Numbered from the stretch's first letter, positions 39,832 to 52,861 are shown. The stretch: DNA of 64,000 nt from Octopus sinensis (GCF_006345805.1 NC_043019.1:18785360-18849359), one strand, 5' to 3'. A program made the numbers and translations. The notes: generated from the sequence alone by a model not told the origin.

Positions 39832-41632
39832 TAGTTAGTTAGTTAGTTAATTTGGCTCAAAAGCAAATAGCAAGGCCATGTAGGGGGACATGGAGTTAAG
39901 TACAGGGTGGTGTTCATGTAAAGAGTTCAGGCCACTTGAGGTCCAGGGAGGCTTTGAACAAAGCGGTCGTCGGCATCTTCACCATCTCGTCTGGCAGCTT
40001 GTTCCACGGATCCGCAACCCGGACGGAGAAAGCTCCTCTCCTTCGATTGAGATGAAATCGTTGCAGGTAGAGCTTTTCAGAATGACCCCACAGCCGACGC
40101 TCTGGAGCAGGAGTGAAGAACAGCTCTTTCGAGAGGTTGCACTTTCCGCTTATGATGTTGTGGGCAAGAATGAGATCACCACGGCGGCGGCGTTTTTCAA
40201 GAGAATAAAGGTCGAGCGTCCTTAGCCTTTCTTCGTAGGACAAATTTTTGAGACCATGAACCATGCGGGTAGCCAGCTTCTGGACACTTTCGAGATGCTG
40301 TATGTCTTTGAGGAGATAAGGAGAAGAGGCTTGAATCCCGTACTCCAATATGGGTCTCACCAGCGTGACATAGAGTGGTAGGAATATGGCTGCAGTGAGC
40401 ATTCCGAATGACCGTCGAATCAAGAACAGAATTCCGCGTGCTTTGTTGGCAGCATGGACGCACTGGGCCGAAGGCGAAAAGGAGGAATCCACCAAGATAC
40501 CCAGGTCCTTTACCTGATCGGTCCTCTCCAGCAGAAGACGACCCAGCTCGAAATCAAGTTGAGTTGCAGGAGTAGAGCCGACAGGCAGATGACAGCACTT
40601 TGACACGTTCAGACACAGGTCCCAATCGTTAGACCACTTCCAAATTTGGTGGAGGCATCGATGAAGATCCTCTATATTACCGCGAGGAGCGACCAGTTTG
40701 ATATCGTTGGCAAATAGAAGGGTGTGTTGCGTGAGGTCGTCGGGCAAGTCATTTATGAAGACTAAGAACAACAAGGGCCCAAGCACTGAACCTTGAGGCA
40801 CGCCACTGCTCGCATTGGAGACGTCGGACCGCGAACCATTAACTTGAACTTGGAAGGAGCGATCTGAGAGGAAGGCACCAACCCATCGTACGATATCCGG
40901 ATGGAAACTATATGCTTGAAGCTTGACAAGTAATAGGCGGTGGTTTACTGAGTCAAAAGCTTTGGCAAAGTCCAATAAAACGATGTCAACAGCATCACTA
41001 TCATCGAGGATGCGCATCACCAATTCTTCCATTACTAGTAAGTTGGTCAAGCATGATCTCTTCGGCACGAAGCCGTGTTGGGAATCAGAGATAGAGGCTG
41101 TGTTTAGGAGGTGGAGCATCATACTTTTCTTAAGGATGGTTTCAAACATCTTGCTGATTATTGATGTAAGGGAAACCGGTCGGTAGTTAAGCGGGTCTTC
41201 GCGGCTCCCTTTCTTGAAGATTGGGCAGATTATCGCTGTTCTCCAGTCTGCAGGTATAACACCCGTCGCCAATGACATATTGAATAGTCGTGTTAAGGGC
41301 CCAGCAGATGACCGGAGCCAACACTTTGATAACCCGTGGGTGTATGCCGTCAGGGCCATGACCCTTGTTGACATCGAGGCCTTGAATAACACGTTTGACT
41401 TCGTCCCGCATGATGACCAATCGAAGAATTGGAGGTACTGATCTATCAAATGGAGGGGGTTCACGACCATCATCTTGTTTGAAAATAGTTGAAAAAGCCT
41501 CGGCAAATAATTGACTCTGTTGATAAGGATCCTCAATCGATACGCCTGTTGAGTCTACCAACGTTGCAATCTGGTTGTTCAAGCGGGAATTCCGCTGGAC
41601 ATGGGCAAAGAAGGTTTTTGGATTGCTACTGG
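39832..41632 (-). mobile_element. 5'-truncated CR1/L2-like non-LTR retrotransposon (RT domain), 1801 bp, 7-bp TSD CATATGT
   Basis: RT motifs YRPVSLTS, QHGF, LDFAKAFDSV, GVPQGSVLGPLLF, FAND (catalytic D to N at 40706-40708). One +1 frameshift near 41306, (TAAC)n 3' tail, TSD at 39825-39831 and 41633-41639. Confidence 0.92.
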
Positions 41633-42066
41633 CATATGTCTTCAGGTGCCTTGTCCCGGCTTGCGGAGGTGATTGCCTCCCCTTTGCAAATATAAGGACA
41701 CAGAAAATGTGTCAAAGCCGACAGGAAACGTCGATGTTTCCTACAGGACTGTCAAATTGAGTTGACAGCATACGACCACTATGTCGCTCCACCACCTCTC
41801 ATGTGTCTCTGAGACATTTAGAAATTCAATATTTCTAATTTTGGTGATCAGTAAATAAATTTTACTGAAAATAGGATATATTTGCGAAGAGGTTGCAGTC
41901 ATCTCAGCAAGCGAGACTTGCTACCCTAGATGGTAACATCACGTGGGAGTGTTTGTGTCGGTTTTTCGGATTTGCGGTTGTGAGTTGAATTTTGTTGATT
42001 ATTGTTGTTGAAAACAGTTGCTTTGTGTTGAACGTTATAATTGTTGAATTCTTTGTTGGGTATGTA

Positions 42067-42940
42067 AGCCCAGACTTATGCAAAAGCCTGTCTGTGGATG
42101 CAATACAGTTAAAAGAAGTAATTAGTGAGAAAGAAAACCTGAGGAGATACTATGACAGCTTCAAAAAGGAAGGAGACTGTCTGAGGATTGCAACACAAGA
42201 AGACGAAGTTAAAAAAGCAGAGAAAAAAACCATAACATACAGAACATGGAATATGGTCTCAAAAAGAATAGAAGTGGCAGAAGTAGAAGAGATTGAAAAA
42301 TGTTTACAAGAAATGAAAGGAAGAACTACCTTCTACAATAGAGGTAGAAAATACGCAACAGTAGAAGTACGCTTTGAAAATGAAGATGAAGCAAAAAGGA
42401 ATGCAACGACAGCATTGAGATCAGAAAAGTGGGCATAACTTCCTACTTATTGCGGTAGAAGAGCGGCGAGGGTGCGAATAAGCAAAATTCCACCGGAACT
42501 TGATACCGAAAGAATAGTAGCTGCAATAATTTACAACTGCAAGGAGGATGTGAACATACTCAAGGTGGAAAGGTCGAATAAAATAAACTGGTGGGGTTAA
42601 GCGGTGGAAAACCCTAATCCACATAACAATGCCAGATTTGTACAACATCCCGGAGGAGTTGGTGTTTCCCGATGAGACACGACTGAGAGTCATGGTGGAG
42701 GGGAGACCTCCAGTGTGTTATAAATCTAAGACCAGAGGGCACATGAAAGATGTGTGTCCTCAAAGAGAAATACAAGAGAAGACGATAACCCTGGAGGAAG
42801 GAATAAAAGCTTTGACAGAGGAGTTAGAAAGAGAGAATGTAGAACTACAAGTGGAAGAAGAGATCATGACAACAGATAATATAGAAAGTGGTGACGAGCT
42901 AGAGAAGGAGAAGGGAGAGAAGAGAAGAAAAAGAGGATAG
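42067..42940 (+). pseudogene. Decayed L1/Tx1-type ORF1 (gag-like nucleic-acid-binding protein with zinc knuckle)
   Basis: TYAKA-like start, RRM-like ATVEVRF, and EGRPPVCYKSKTRGHMKDVCP (CX2[C>S]X4HX4C). Stops at 42436 and 42598 plus frameshifts. No ORF2 follows; AATAAA near 43582. Confidence 0.7.
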
Positions 42941-43612
42941 AAAGCAAACACAGGTGGAATCACCACCCTAAGACCAAAAAAAGAAAATAAGCTAGAAAGA
43001 AGTCTGCCGACGAGACAGAGGATCGAACACATGAAAGGAAAAATAAAATAACTAAAGTGAGTGAAGGTCCAAAATGGGAGGAAATGGAAAAATGGTCAAC
43101 AAAAGTGGAAGAATGTCTGAAAACATGCAAGGAAGGAGGAAAACAGAAAGGAAGAAATTTCAGAGCTGTAATGTTGCACCGAAAAGATAAAGAAATTGAG
43201 AAAAAATTAGCGATAATGAAAAATCTAACGAGAGTGAAATTGAAGCTGAGGTTATACGATAAGGAAATAAAGGCTGCAATTTTAGATAACGAGAGAAGGT
43301 AATTAAATTTGTTTTCAAGTACAGCTGTGTGCATTGCACACTACGTTCGATATGACAGTTTGCCCGGCGTTATAGAGCAGGATGAATTACTCGTTTACAT
43401 TACTGACGAACACCCCAGATAGTATAATTGTAATTGTAAATGAAACTGTGAGCTTTGGGGGGCTCATAAGCCATTTCATTGAATTCATTGTTAATATTTC
43501 ATTTCATATCCTCCTTTCTATGTACCCCGTGTCCTGTATTGTATTGTTATGTCCCCTCTTCATTCAGGCCATTGTGCCTATAATAAAGATTCCAGCTAGC
43601 AAGACTTACTAC

Positions 43613-43654
43613 CCTGGACTGATGATGGGCAAGACCCAGAAACATGTCTCCAGG
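43613..43654 (+). ncRNA. Type I hammerhead ribozyme, intact core, in the right terminal repeat of the composite element
   Basis: CCTGGA CTGATGA TGGG-caaga-CCCA GAAA CATG TC TCCAGG. Distal stem I extension CCAGCTAG (43592-43599) / CTAGCTGG (43663-43670); predicted cleavage after C43648. Confidence 0.9.
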
Positions 43655-43810
43655 TGCCAATCCTAGCTGGAGGGGGTGCTTGCCTCCCCTTCGCAGGACA
43701 CAGGAAATGCGTCAAAGCTGACAGGAAGCGTCGATGCTTCCTAGGGCTAAATAGCGGTGGTGTGATTCCCTTTACGGGACTGTCACGTTAAGTTGACAGT
43801 ATGCAACCAC

Positions 43811-43844
<34 letters not shown>

Positions 43845-43931
43845 AAGGGAAAGTTTACAAAATAAACAAAAGACGAAGGCAGGTGGTGTACAAACAGATG
43901 TATTAGTATAGCACTCAGGAATAGAAAAAGT

Positions 43932-43967
43932 CTTTTACGTTTCGAGCCTACGCTCTTCTACAGAAAG
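43932..43967 (-). ncRNA. Minimal hammerhead motif (A6 variant CTGTAGA)
   Basis: Minus: CTTT CTGTAGA a GAGC-gtag-GCTC GAAA CG TA AAAG. Same architecture as 14734-14768. Confidence 0.45.
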
Positions 43968-44029
43968 GTACACAGAAAAAACAAGGAGAGAAAAAAAATG
44001 TGTGTAGTAGCTAATGATCTATCATGGCG

Positions 44030-44065
<36 letters not shown>

Positions 44066-44100
44066 CAGATGTATATATATAAGTATATATATATACATAC

Positions 44101-44143
<43 letters not shown>

Positions 44144-44771
44144 AGGTAGTATGTAGTTAATGTCTGTTACCATCTTCCATTGTTCCGTAGTGAGAAGTAA
44201 GTTTTATTTCCCTGTCGTGGGTATGAAATGAGAATGTGATTTAAGGGTACAATGTTGCTGAGATTCCGGTTGGAGATGTAAGGCAGGTCTGAAAGGGTTC
44301 CCAACAGTTATTAGTAGCAGTGGTAGAGTGTTTATGACGAATATGTATGTATGCATGTATATATGTGAGGTAATATATTCACTTTAATAGTGAAAGTATT
44401 AAACTGAAAGTATTATCTCACATTACAATAGAGATATCATTGTTTCACATTTGACATGTAATACTGAAATAGTGTAAGAGATAAGAGATTACTGTGGGCT
44501 TGCATTAGGCAAGAAGTTGAAAATTTTTTTGGCCCATGATGTTGCATGTAAGTAAGGCATGTGTAAAATGTGAATGAAATTGGTTGAATAGTTCTCGAGT
44601 TTTAAGGATTCACACAGTCAGACAGACACACATACAGAGGCAGACAGACAGACACACACACACATTCTCGTCTTTATATATATATGATCCTTTTTTTTTT
44701 TTTTTTCAGAAAACATAAATCCAGAGAAGCACACTCTGAGAAGTAGAGCAGTCTATGTTTTTTTTTATTGG

Positions 44772-44961
44772 GGAAGACCAGTTTATGGGGTTTCCCTGGG
44801 TTTTCTGTCCATAAACAGTTTAATTTTTATGGCATATCTTCAGACCCCAGACCTGTTGGTCTATGACCATAGGCCAACAGGCTTTGGTGTCTGACGATAC
44901 ACCATAAAGTTAAACACTTTATGGACGGGAAACCCAGAGTAACCCCATAAAATGGCCTTCC
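44772..44961. repeat. ~190-bp imperfect palindrome carrying two degenerate HHR motifs
   Basis: Centre CCTGTTGGTCTATG-ac-CATAGGCCAACAGG at 44851-44880. Confidence 0.8.
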
Positions 44962-45182
44962 TTAGTTAAATATATATACATATATATCATCATCATCATC
45001 GTCGATTAACATCCATTTTCCATGCTGGCATGGGTTGGACGGTTTGACTGAAGGCTGGAGAGCCAGTGGCTGCACCAGGCTCCAATCTGATCTGGTGTTT
45101 CTACAGCTGGATACCCTTCCTAACGCCAACCACTCCAAGTGTGTAGTGGGTTCTTTTTATGTGCCATCGACACAGGAACCAG

Positions 45183-45598
45183 GGATCTTTTTGGTTAGAA
45201 CGGCGGTTTTTAACATAATTTCTAGGTAACTAAAAAATTTTAAACATCGTATACTGGTAGAATGTGTTTATAAAATATCTTTTTCTCTTGGCTTTATTGA
45301 GAAAATTCTATAGTTTGTAAGATATTTGTTGTTTTTTCTCTTCAATTTCTGCAATTTCAACCAATCAGTGACGTCTATTGAGGTAAAAAACATTCTGTGC
45401 CGTATGAATATGCTCCTCGCTTAAGAAACAGATTGGGTTTATTTACATTTGTGAAAAAAAAAAAGATACCTTTCCCCCCACCCCAACCCTAACCCTAAAA
45501 CAGATTGAGATGCAATAGATCGATACTAGGGTCATAATTATGGGTGACAATTTCATATGACACCGCTAGAAAAACTACCGTTCAAACCGAAAAGATTC
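45183..45598. mobile_element. MITE of the GGATCTTTT family, 8-bp TSD GGAACCAG, inserted into a SINE
   Basis: TSD at 45175-45182 and 45599-45606; TIR GGATCTTTT.GGTT.GAACGGC. Confidence 0.85.
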
Positions 45599-45651
45599 GG
45601 AACCAGTAACACGGGCCTGGCAATAATCATGTTCGGATGGTGCTTTATATA

Positions 45652-45708
<57 letters not shown>

Positions 45709-46322
45709 CAGCAGACATGGCTCTGTGCTTTGCTTCCCGCCCACAAGGTTTCAGGTTCAGTCCCACTGCAGAGCCCCTTGGGCCAGTGTCCTCAGACCAA
45801 CCAAAGCCTTGTTAATGGATTTGGTAGACAAACACCAACGGTTTGATCGCTGGATATGTAAACTTAAAGATATCAGTAAGGACGGAGTAAGAGTCTTGTA
45901 TTCATGCATCTGCAGGTTTGAGGCAATATGCTTATAATGTATGTATAAGGAAAGAGAGTATGTATAATCAAAGTGTGTGTATAAAATGTATATTCCAAGG
46001 GGTGTAGCTTCATTGATGAAATAAGTCATTTACCGAAGCTGAACTAGAAAACTATTTGAAGGAGAACAGTTTAATACTGGGACAGACACGATATTAGATA
46101 GATGGGTAACCAGACAGATAAATATATGTGGATAGTCGTATAGACAGGCAGAGGGACAGAGAGATAGACATAGAGACAAGGAGACAGATGATTGTAACCA
46201 GACAGACAGTGTGTGTGTGTGAGAGAGAGAGAGAGAAAGCAAAAGAAATAAAGTGATAGATTGATAGATGGATAGATAGACTAACAGATTGATTGTTAGA
46301 TGGTATGTATATATATATATAT

Positions 46323-46991
46323 GGTACCACTTAAAAACAGTGGTCCCGGTGTGCGCACTCGCGCTAGCTAGTTGTGACCAGTCGATCCTACAATGTCTAC
46401 CTAGCAAAGTAAATAAAACACAAAATAAATAAATGGATCTTTTCGGTTTGAACGGCAGTTTTTCTAGCGGTGTCATATGAAATTGTTACCCATAATTATG
46501 ACCCTAATATCGATCTATTGCATTTCAATCTATTTTAGATTTAGGGTTAGCTAGGGTTAGGGTTAGGGGTGGGGGTGGGGGGGAAGGTATCTTTTTTCTT
46601 CACAAATGTAAATAAACCCAATCTGTTTCTTAAACGAGGGACATATTCATACGGCACAGAATGTTTTCACCTCAATAGACGTCATTGATTGGTTGAAATT
46701 GCAGAAATTGAAGAAAAACAACAACAAATATCTTACAAACTATAGAATTTTCTCAATAAAGCCAAGAGAAAAAGATGTTTTATAAACACATTCTACCAGA
46801 ATACGAAGTTTAAAAGTGTTTAGTTACATGGAAATTATTTTTTAAAAACTGCCGTTCAAACCGAAAGGATCCAAATAAGTATTTTTACACAAAGTAAATA
46901 AAACACAAAAACACAAAAGATCGACTAGTCATGACTAGCTAGCGCGAGTACGCAAGTGTACGCACCAGGACCACTGTTCTTAAGTAGTACC
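46323..46991. mobile_element. Host MITE with ~65-bp TIRs (GGTAC.ACTTAA.AACAGTGGTCC) in TA-rich flanks
   Basis: Inverted termini at 46323-46388 and about 46918-46991. Confidence 0.7.
46435..46872. mobile_element. MITE of the same family (opposite orientation) nested in another MITE
   Basis: TSD AAATAAAT / AAATAAGT; reverse-complement homolog of 45183-45598. Confidence 0.8.
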
Positions 46992-48493
46992 AATATATAT
47001 ATAAGAGAGATAAGGAAGATAGTCAGACACGTATGTACACACACACACACACACACACACAGACGCACGCACATACATTTAGAAGAAGAAATCAACAGGT
47101 TATTTTATGATATTTACCAATGCTGGGTCCATCATTCTCGCTGTCATCAGATGACATTTCTGCTGCAGACTTCAACATCAATTCCCTCAACATTGACTCG
47201 AAGGGTTTTCCACCTTTTCTGCTTCTTTATACTCGCTCACCTCCCTAACCCAAATATCCCATATCAATCTACATAATAAAAACTACAGGCAAGGGAACAG
47301 ACACAAGGGGCAAGCTTTAAATCAAATATTAAACTCTTATAAGGGCAACAGGTACCCAACTATTGAATCACTGACCTTTATGCTATAAAGAAGAAAATGT
47401 TAATCTCTTCCAGAATATATCCTTCATTCTTTTCTTTGTCTTTTGAAATTTGGAAATCTTTTTTATAAAGTTTTTTATATTATAACTGGCATGTTTTGTT
47501 TTTTCAACTTGTACAAACTTTTGTTATCCGCATTGTTCGAGGGAGAGGTTACTAAATGTGAGTCCACTAAACACACCCAAGGGGCAGATGATTATTGGCG
47601 ATTGCATGTGATAGATTAAGATTGTCGCCCTCATAAAGGAAAATAAAGACCCACTCTATTCAAAAAATATATTTAAACATTTATTATTTGGTGTTGAAAT
47701 TTTTGTCACACCAACTGTGACCAGGCCACATTGTTTAAATAAAGTTAACAGTTTTTGAATGGCTTCAAATGAGTTTTCCACGTTGTAATTGTTTTAGTTT
47801 CAACACTTGATCTAAGATGAAATTATTCTCCAAACGAGCACATCTCTGAAATATCCACACACTTCTCTTTCTCTCTCCCTATAGGGATTCAGACAGTCTT
47901 CTTGTTTTGTTTAGATCTGATATTTTTCATCTTGTATAAATGGTCCCGATAAAGACAATTTCTTCATATTTTTCCTTTTTCAAATAACAGCTTTTATGTT
48001 CTTTTAGTTTTGTGATTGGTAGAAATAATTCCATGTTCTTTAGTACAGAAGCATCGATAGGCTAGCTTTGATACAAAAGAGTTAAAATTGTGGACCATTT
48101 GGTAGCCGATGACCACTATGCATGAATGTGTTGGTCAGGGGTTAATCCAGGGCAGGAAGAGACAATGGCTAGGAAAGGAAAAAACTCCAATCTCCAGCCT
48201 GGTCGTTTTGTCACGTTAAAATTGTTCAATGAAAATGGATACAAAACAATAAGAATTGAAAAAGAAAAACAGAAAGAAAAATGATAAAAAAAATCAAAAC
48301 TAAAACCAAACAGAGCATTCTAGAAATTGATTAATTTATATTGATTCTAAAACGAATAGGTTTGAGGTAAGGTGTGGAGGAGGGAGTGGTTGAGGAAAAA
48401 GTATTGAGTGGGGGGGGGCAGTGTATGTATGCATGTGAGCATGTATGTGTGTGCAAGAGTGTAAAATGGTATATTTGTATAAATATACATATG

Positions 48494-48532
<39 letters not shown>

Positions 48533-48537
48533 ATATA

Positions 48538-49070
48538 ACAGACCATCTTAAATATCCAGATGGCTCACTAGAAGTGGTCAATAAGTTTTGTCACCTAGGA
48601 GATATAATTAGCAGTTGGGGGAGGGGGGTTACATAAAAAAACCATAGCAGGCAGGGGGGGGGAACAGGTTGAAAGAGAGGCAACCAATGCTAGCAATAAA
48701 GGTCTTCTGCCTCAGAGTGAAGGGCAGATTGTAGGATGCTTGTGTTACAACTGTGATGCTGCATGGCATGAGATGTGGGCCTTGAATGCAGAGGGCATGA
48801 GAAGGCTGGAAAGACATGTGCCATTGCATGTACAATGTAAATGTGCGTGGACAGCATAGGATAAATAAACTTGTGCATAAAGAGGAATCAGATGAAGTGA
48901 GCAAGAAAGAAGACTGCACTAGTGTGGAGTATAATGGATGGAGATTGCAAAACAAAGTGACTCAAGAAGACATGGGATGACATTAGGAGCTTGAGCCTCA
49001 CAGGGGAGATGACAAAGGTCTAGGATGGCTGGTGATGTGCAGTTTCCAAGAAGACCTACCCAACTCAGAA
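48538..49070 (+). mobile_element. Decayed RTE LINE fragment
   Basis: LKYPDGSLEVVNKFCHLGDIIS followed by the RTE C-terminal region. Confidence 0.7.
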
Positions 49071-49112
49071 AAACTATATTCTGAAAGTAATGTTTATACA
49101 CACACACACACT

Positions 49113-49144
<32 letters not shown>

Positions 49145-49148
<4 letters not shown>

Positions 49149-49628
49149 CAACTTGTGTGTTTGTGTGTGTGTATCTGTGTGTGTGTCTATGTGTTTAACT
49201 TCCCAGCACATCTCCTCCTAGCCAACAAATTGTAGAACCACCAAAAATGGGTCACTTAAAGTTTAGGCGAATGAAAATTGAACTGTGCTATTTCATTTCT
49301 TTGCCGAATTTCTACAATGTTTACGGCGATTCGTTTTTATATCTTTATTTTTTATTTTTCATGCAATTTACGCATGTTTGCACGCATGGTGAACACAGTT
49401 CACGTCAAACAGCTGACTGAGTAAAGTTCACTATTCAATGCAAGGGATAAGGCCTAAACAAACACATTATCGATTTTTGCACTTGCGAGATGAATTTCGG
49501 AACAAAAATAGCGCAGTTCAATTTTCATTCGCCTAAACTTTAAGTGACCCATTTTTGGTGGTTCTACGATTTGTTGGCCAGGAGGAGATGACACACACAG
49601 ATACACACACAGACACACAAGTTGAGTT
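49145..49628. mobile_element. Fold-back MITE with long TIRs in (TA)n
   Basis: AACTCAACTTGTGTG...GGGTCACTTAAAGTTTAGGCGAATGAAAATTGAACTG mirrored at about 49505-49628. Confidence 0.75.
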
Positions 49629-49665
49629 ATATATATATATAGATATCATCATATATATATGTATG

Positions 49666-50060
<395 letters not shown>

Positions 50061-50318
50061 TATATATATATACAAATAAGGATAAGATCGTTAATTTAAA
50101 ATAAAATAACGAACTTATCAAGTGGTCAGCATGGAAAAAATAACCTTCAAAGGTAATAATTATTAAAATTATAAATTAGGGTATCTATGAGATACCACCA
50201 TGCTGAAAATAGCAGCCATGATCTTACTCTAAAACCACCTTAATTTTCCATAAAGCAACACGGAGTGAAGACAAAGAGACAAGATGAAACTAGTAAAAAA
50301 TTACTGGATGATCCTAGA

Positions 50319-50419
<101 letters not shown>

Positions 50420-52825
50420 TATAGACATGTGTGTACACAATATATGTTTGTTTTTATATTCAGTTATGATAAAAATAATTCTACATTAATTTGGTGGGTT
50501 ATTCTATAATTATGTAAAGTATAATAATAAATATATCAATAAATACACACACACACGCACACAAACCTATGTATATACATATATATACGTAGTGATGGCA
50601 TGCAACCTACAGTTTGGGGATTGTCAGGTTGTGACTTTGATTTTCCAATAAGGCAACACATGTTCTCCATTAACGTTACTTCAGCCATATCACCTGAAAA
50701 CGAGTTTTAGCAACAGCTGGCAAACTTATTCTGTGGCAGGTTGGCATCCTGTTCAAGGGAGGGACGCATTTGCACCACTGCCATTTGCTTAAATGCTATG
50801 GGACCCAGGATAATCTCTGGCATAATGAGCTGCTTAGCCTCAGCACACTTTAATTTTAATATACATATATATGTATATATATATATCTTATATATAAATG
50901 GCAATTTCTGTCTGTCTGTCACCATCTTGCTGCCCATACCAGTGAACCAATCTTCACAAAACTTTGTATACATGTTAAACTAACATCCAGTTCAATTATA
51001 GGCTAATCGAATTTCAATAAAATCAATAATGCCCCCCCCCTATGGGGGTTGGGATATTATATGATAAAATGAGAAGGGTGCAAAGAGTGTTAGGTTGAGG
51101 AAAATGTGGTGGCATAATGAGGGTGGCTAATATCAAGGAAGGGGAGGAGACAGGGAATTTTTACAACAGAATGTCTTATATAAATTTTTGTTTATTCCAT
51201 GTCAGACCATACCTTCCCCGACTGATAGGCCTCTTGATCAGGACAGATTTGTGCAATTTTTTGCAAAAAGATTCTGTGACAATCTTTCTCCTTTTTAAAT
51301 TATTTAGATGTTTGTTCGATCATTTCACATGACTTTATTCATAAAAACTTATTAAAAAAACTTCAGAAGTTCTCACAACTTTGGCCCACGTAATGCTTTG
51401 CTTTCGTTTGTTTAATAAAAATTCCTCTTCCTAATGGTTTTGCTTTCATTTCATGAGAGACGGCAGAAAATGCCAGCTTCCAAATCCTGTTTTCTGATTA
51501 GGTAAAACTGATTAACATTTAAACCTCAGTAACATTTTACTGCAATTTTTCTCAAACAAATAAATAACAAAATCAGATTTAATGTGGAAAATTATTTCAA
51601 TAAACCAAATTTGAAAATTTTGATGTAATTTAAAAATTTCCCAATGTGACAGCAACAGAGAAGACTCTCAAAATTGATAATAATCAACCATTAATCGATT
51701 CTTTCGTAGTTACACATTGTCAATCCCCTCATCCTTCCAACCATCCACCAATTCAACTTTGACCTTACCTTACCATTACAATCAATCAATTTTATGATCC
51801 AACTGTATTATTTGCCACTATTCATAAATCTATCCCACATCACCGTGTATTTGTAATTCAAACGGGAACCGGACAGGGAATGGAATAGGACCAATACCTG
51901 ATTAAGATTTCCCAATATTTTACCAATCTTTGATTGAAAGTTTGTTAATACTTGACCAACAATTGATAAATATTTCAATGCATTATCAAAATGAATCCAA
52001 TATCTGACTAATACTTGATCAATACTTACCAATACTCAAGCAAGATCTGATAAAAATATTTAATCAGAGTCTAAGACAACAATTTGGCAGAATTGTTACC
52101 ACAGCAAGCAAAATGCTTGGCGGTACTTTGTCCATCTTCATGTTGTGAGTTCAAGTTCTGCTGAAGTTGACTTTACTTTTCATATTTTCAGGGTCAATAA
52201 AATAAATACCAGTTACGCACTGAGGTCGATGTATTTGACTTACCCCTCCCCAAAATTGCTGGCCTTGTACCAAAATTTGAAACTACTTTTTAATCAGACA
52301 CTGACCAGTATTTCACTAATACATAATTAAGGTTTTACGCAAAATCTAATCAACACCTGATCAATACTTGATTAATATTTGACTTAAACTTTGCAAATGT
52401 GACTTTTTTAATGTCTTAGGGGAGAAAGGGCAGCTCTTGCAGGGGTCAAAAGAAAGTAGGATATAATCCACACATTCTAGTGTGGTCATTGCTAGTGCCA
52501 CCTGACTGACCCTCATGCCGGTGGCACATAAAAAGTACTCACTGCACTCTTGGAGTGGTTGGCATAAGGAAGGGCATCCAGCTGTAGAAACTTTTCCAGA
52601 TCGGATGGGAGCCTGGTGCAGCCCTCAGTCAAACCGTCCAACCCATGCCAGCATGTAAAGCAGACGTTAAACGACACTGATGATGATGATGATAGATCTA
52701 GCTCAAATGCAAGCAACACAATGGTATGAGCTAAAAGCACTCAATGGCCAGGAGGGCAATCAATTAACTGCAAATGTCTTAGTTAAACAATCTATGTATG
52801 TATGTTTATTTATGTATGTGGGTAT

Positions 52826-52861
<36 letters not shown>

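Larger units (their letters stand above)
39555..43810 (+). mobile_element. Composite HHR-repeat element (Penelope pseudo-LTR / retrozyme-like) with a captured LINE ORF1 and a nested LINE
   Basis: Inverted partial repeat at 39555-39710. Direct monomer from 39715 to 41846 (324 bp after removing the nested LINE and one TSD). Second monomer start 41847-41930, ORF1 region, third repeat 43592-43810 ending in (TA)n. Confidence 0.75.

Noticed and set aside
41300-41536. N-terminus of the 540-aa ORF (MRILINRVNY...)
   Set aside because: Alternate frame upstream of a +1 frameshift; the true LINE frame is ORF 41187-41582.
43403-43452. CTGACGA...GAAAC in the ORF1 element 3' region
   Set aside because: No stem II pairing, and the cleavage triplet would end in G.
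46541-46568. Interstitial telomere
   Set aside because: Only about 4 imperfect units, inside a MITE.
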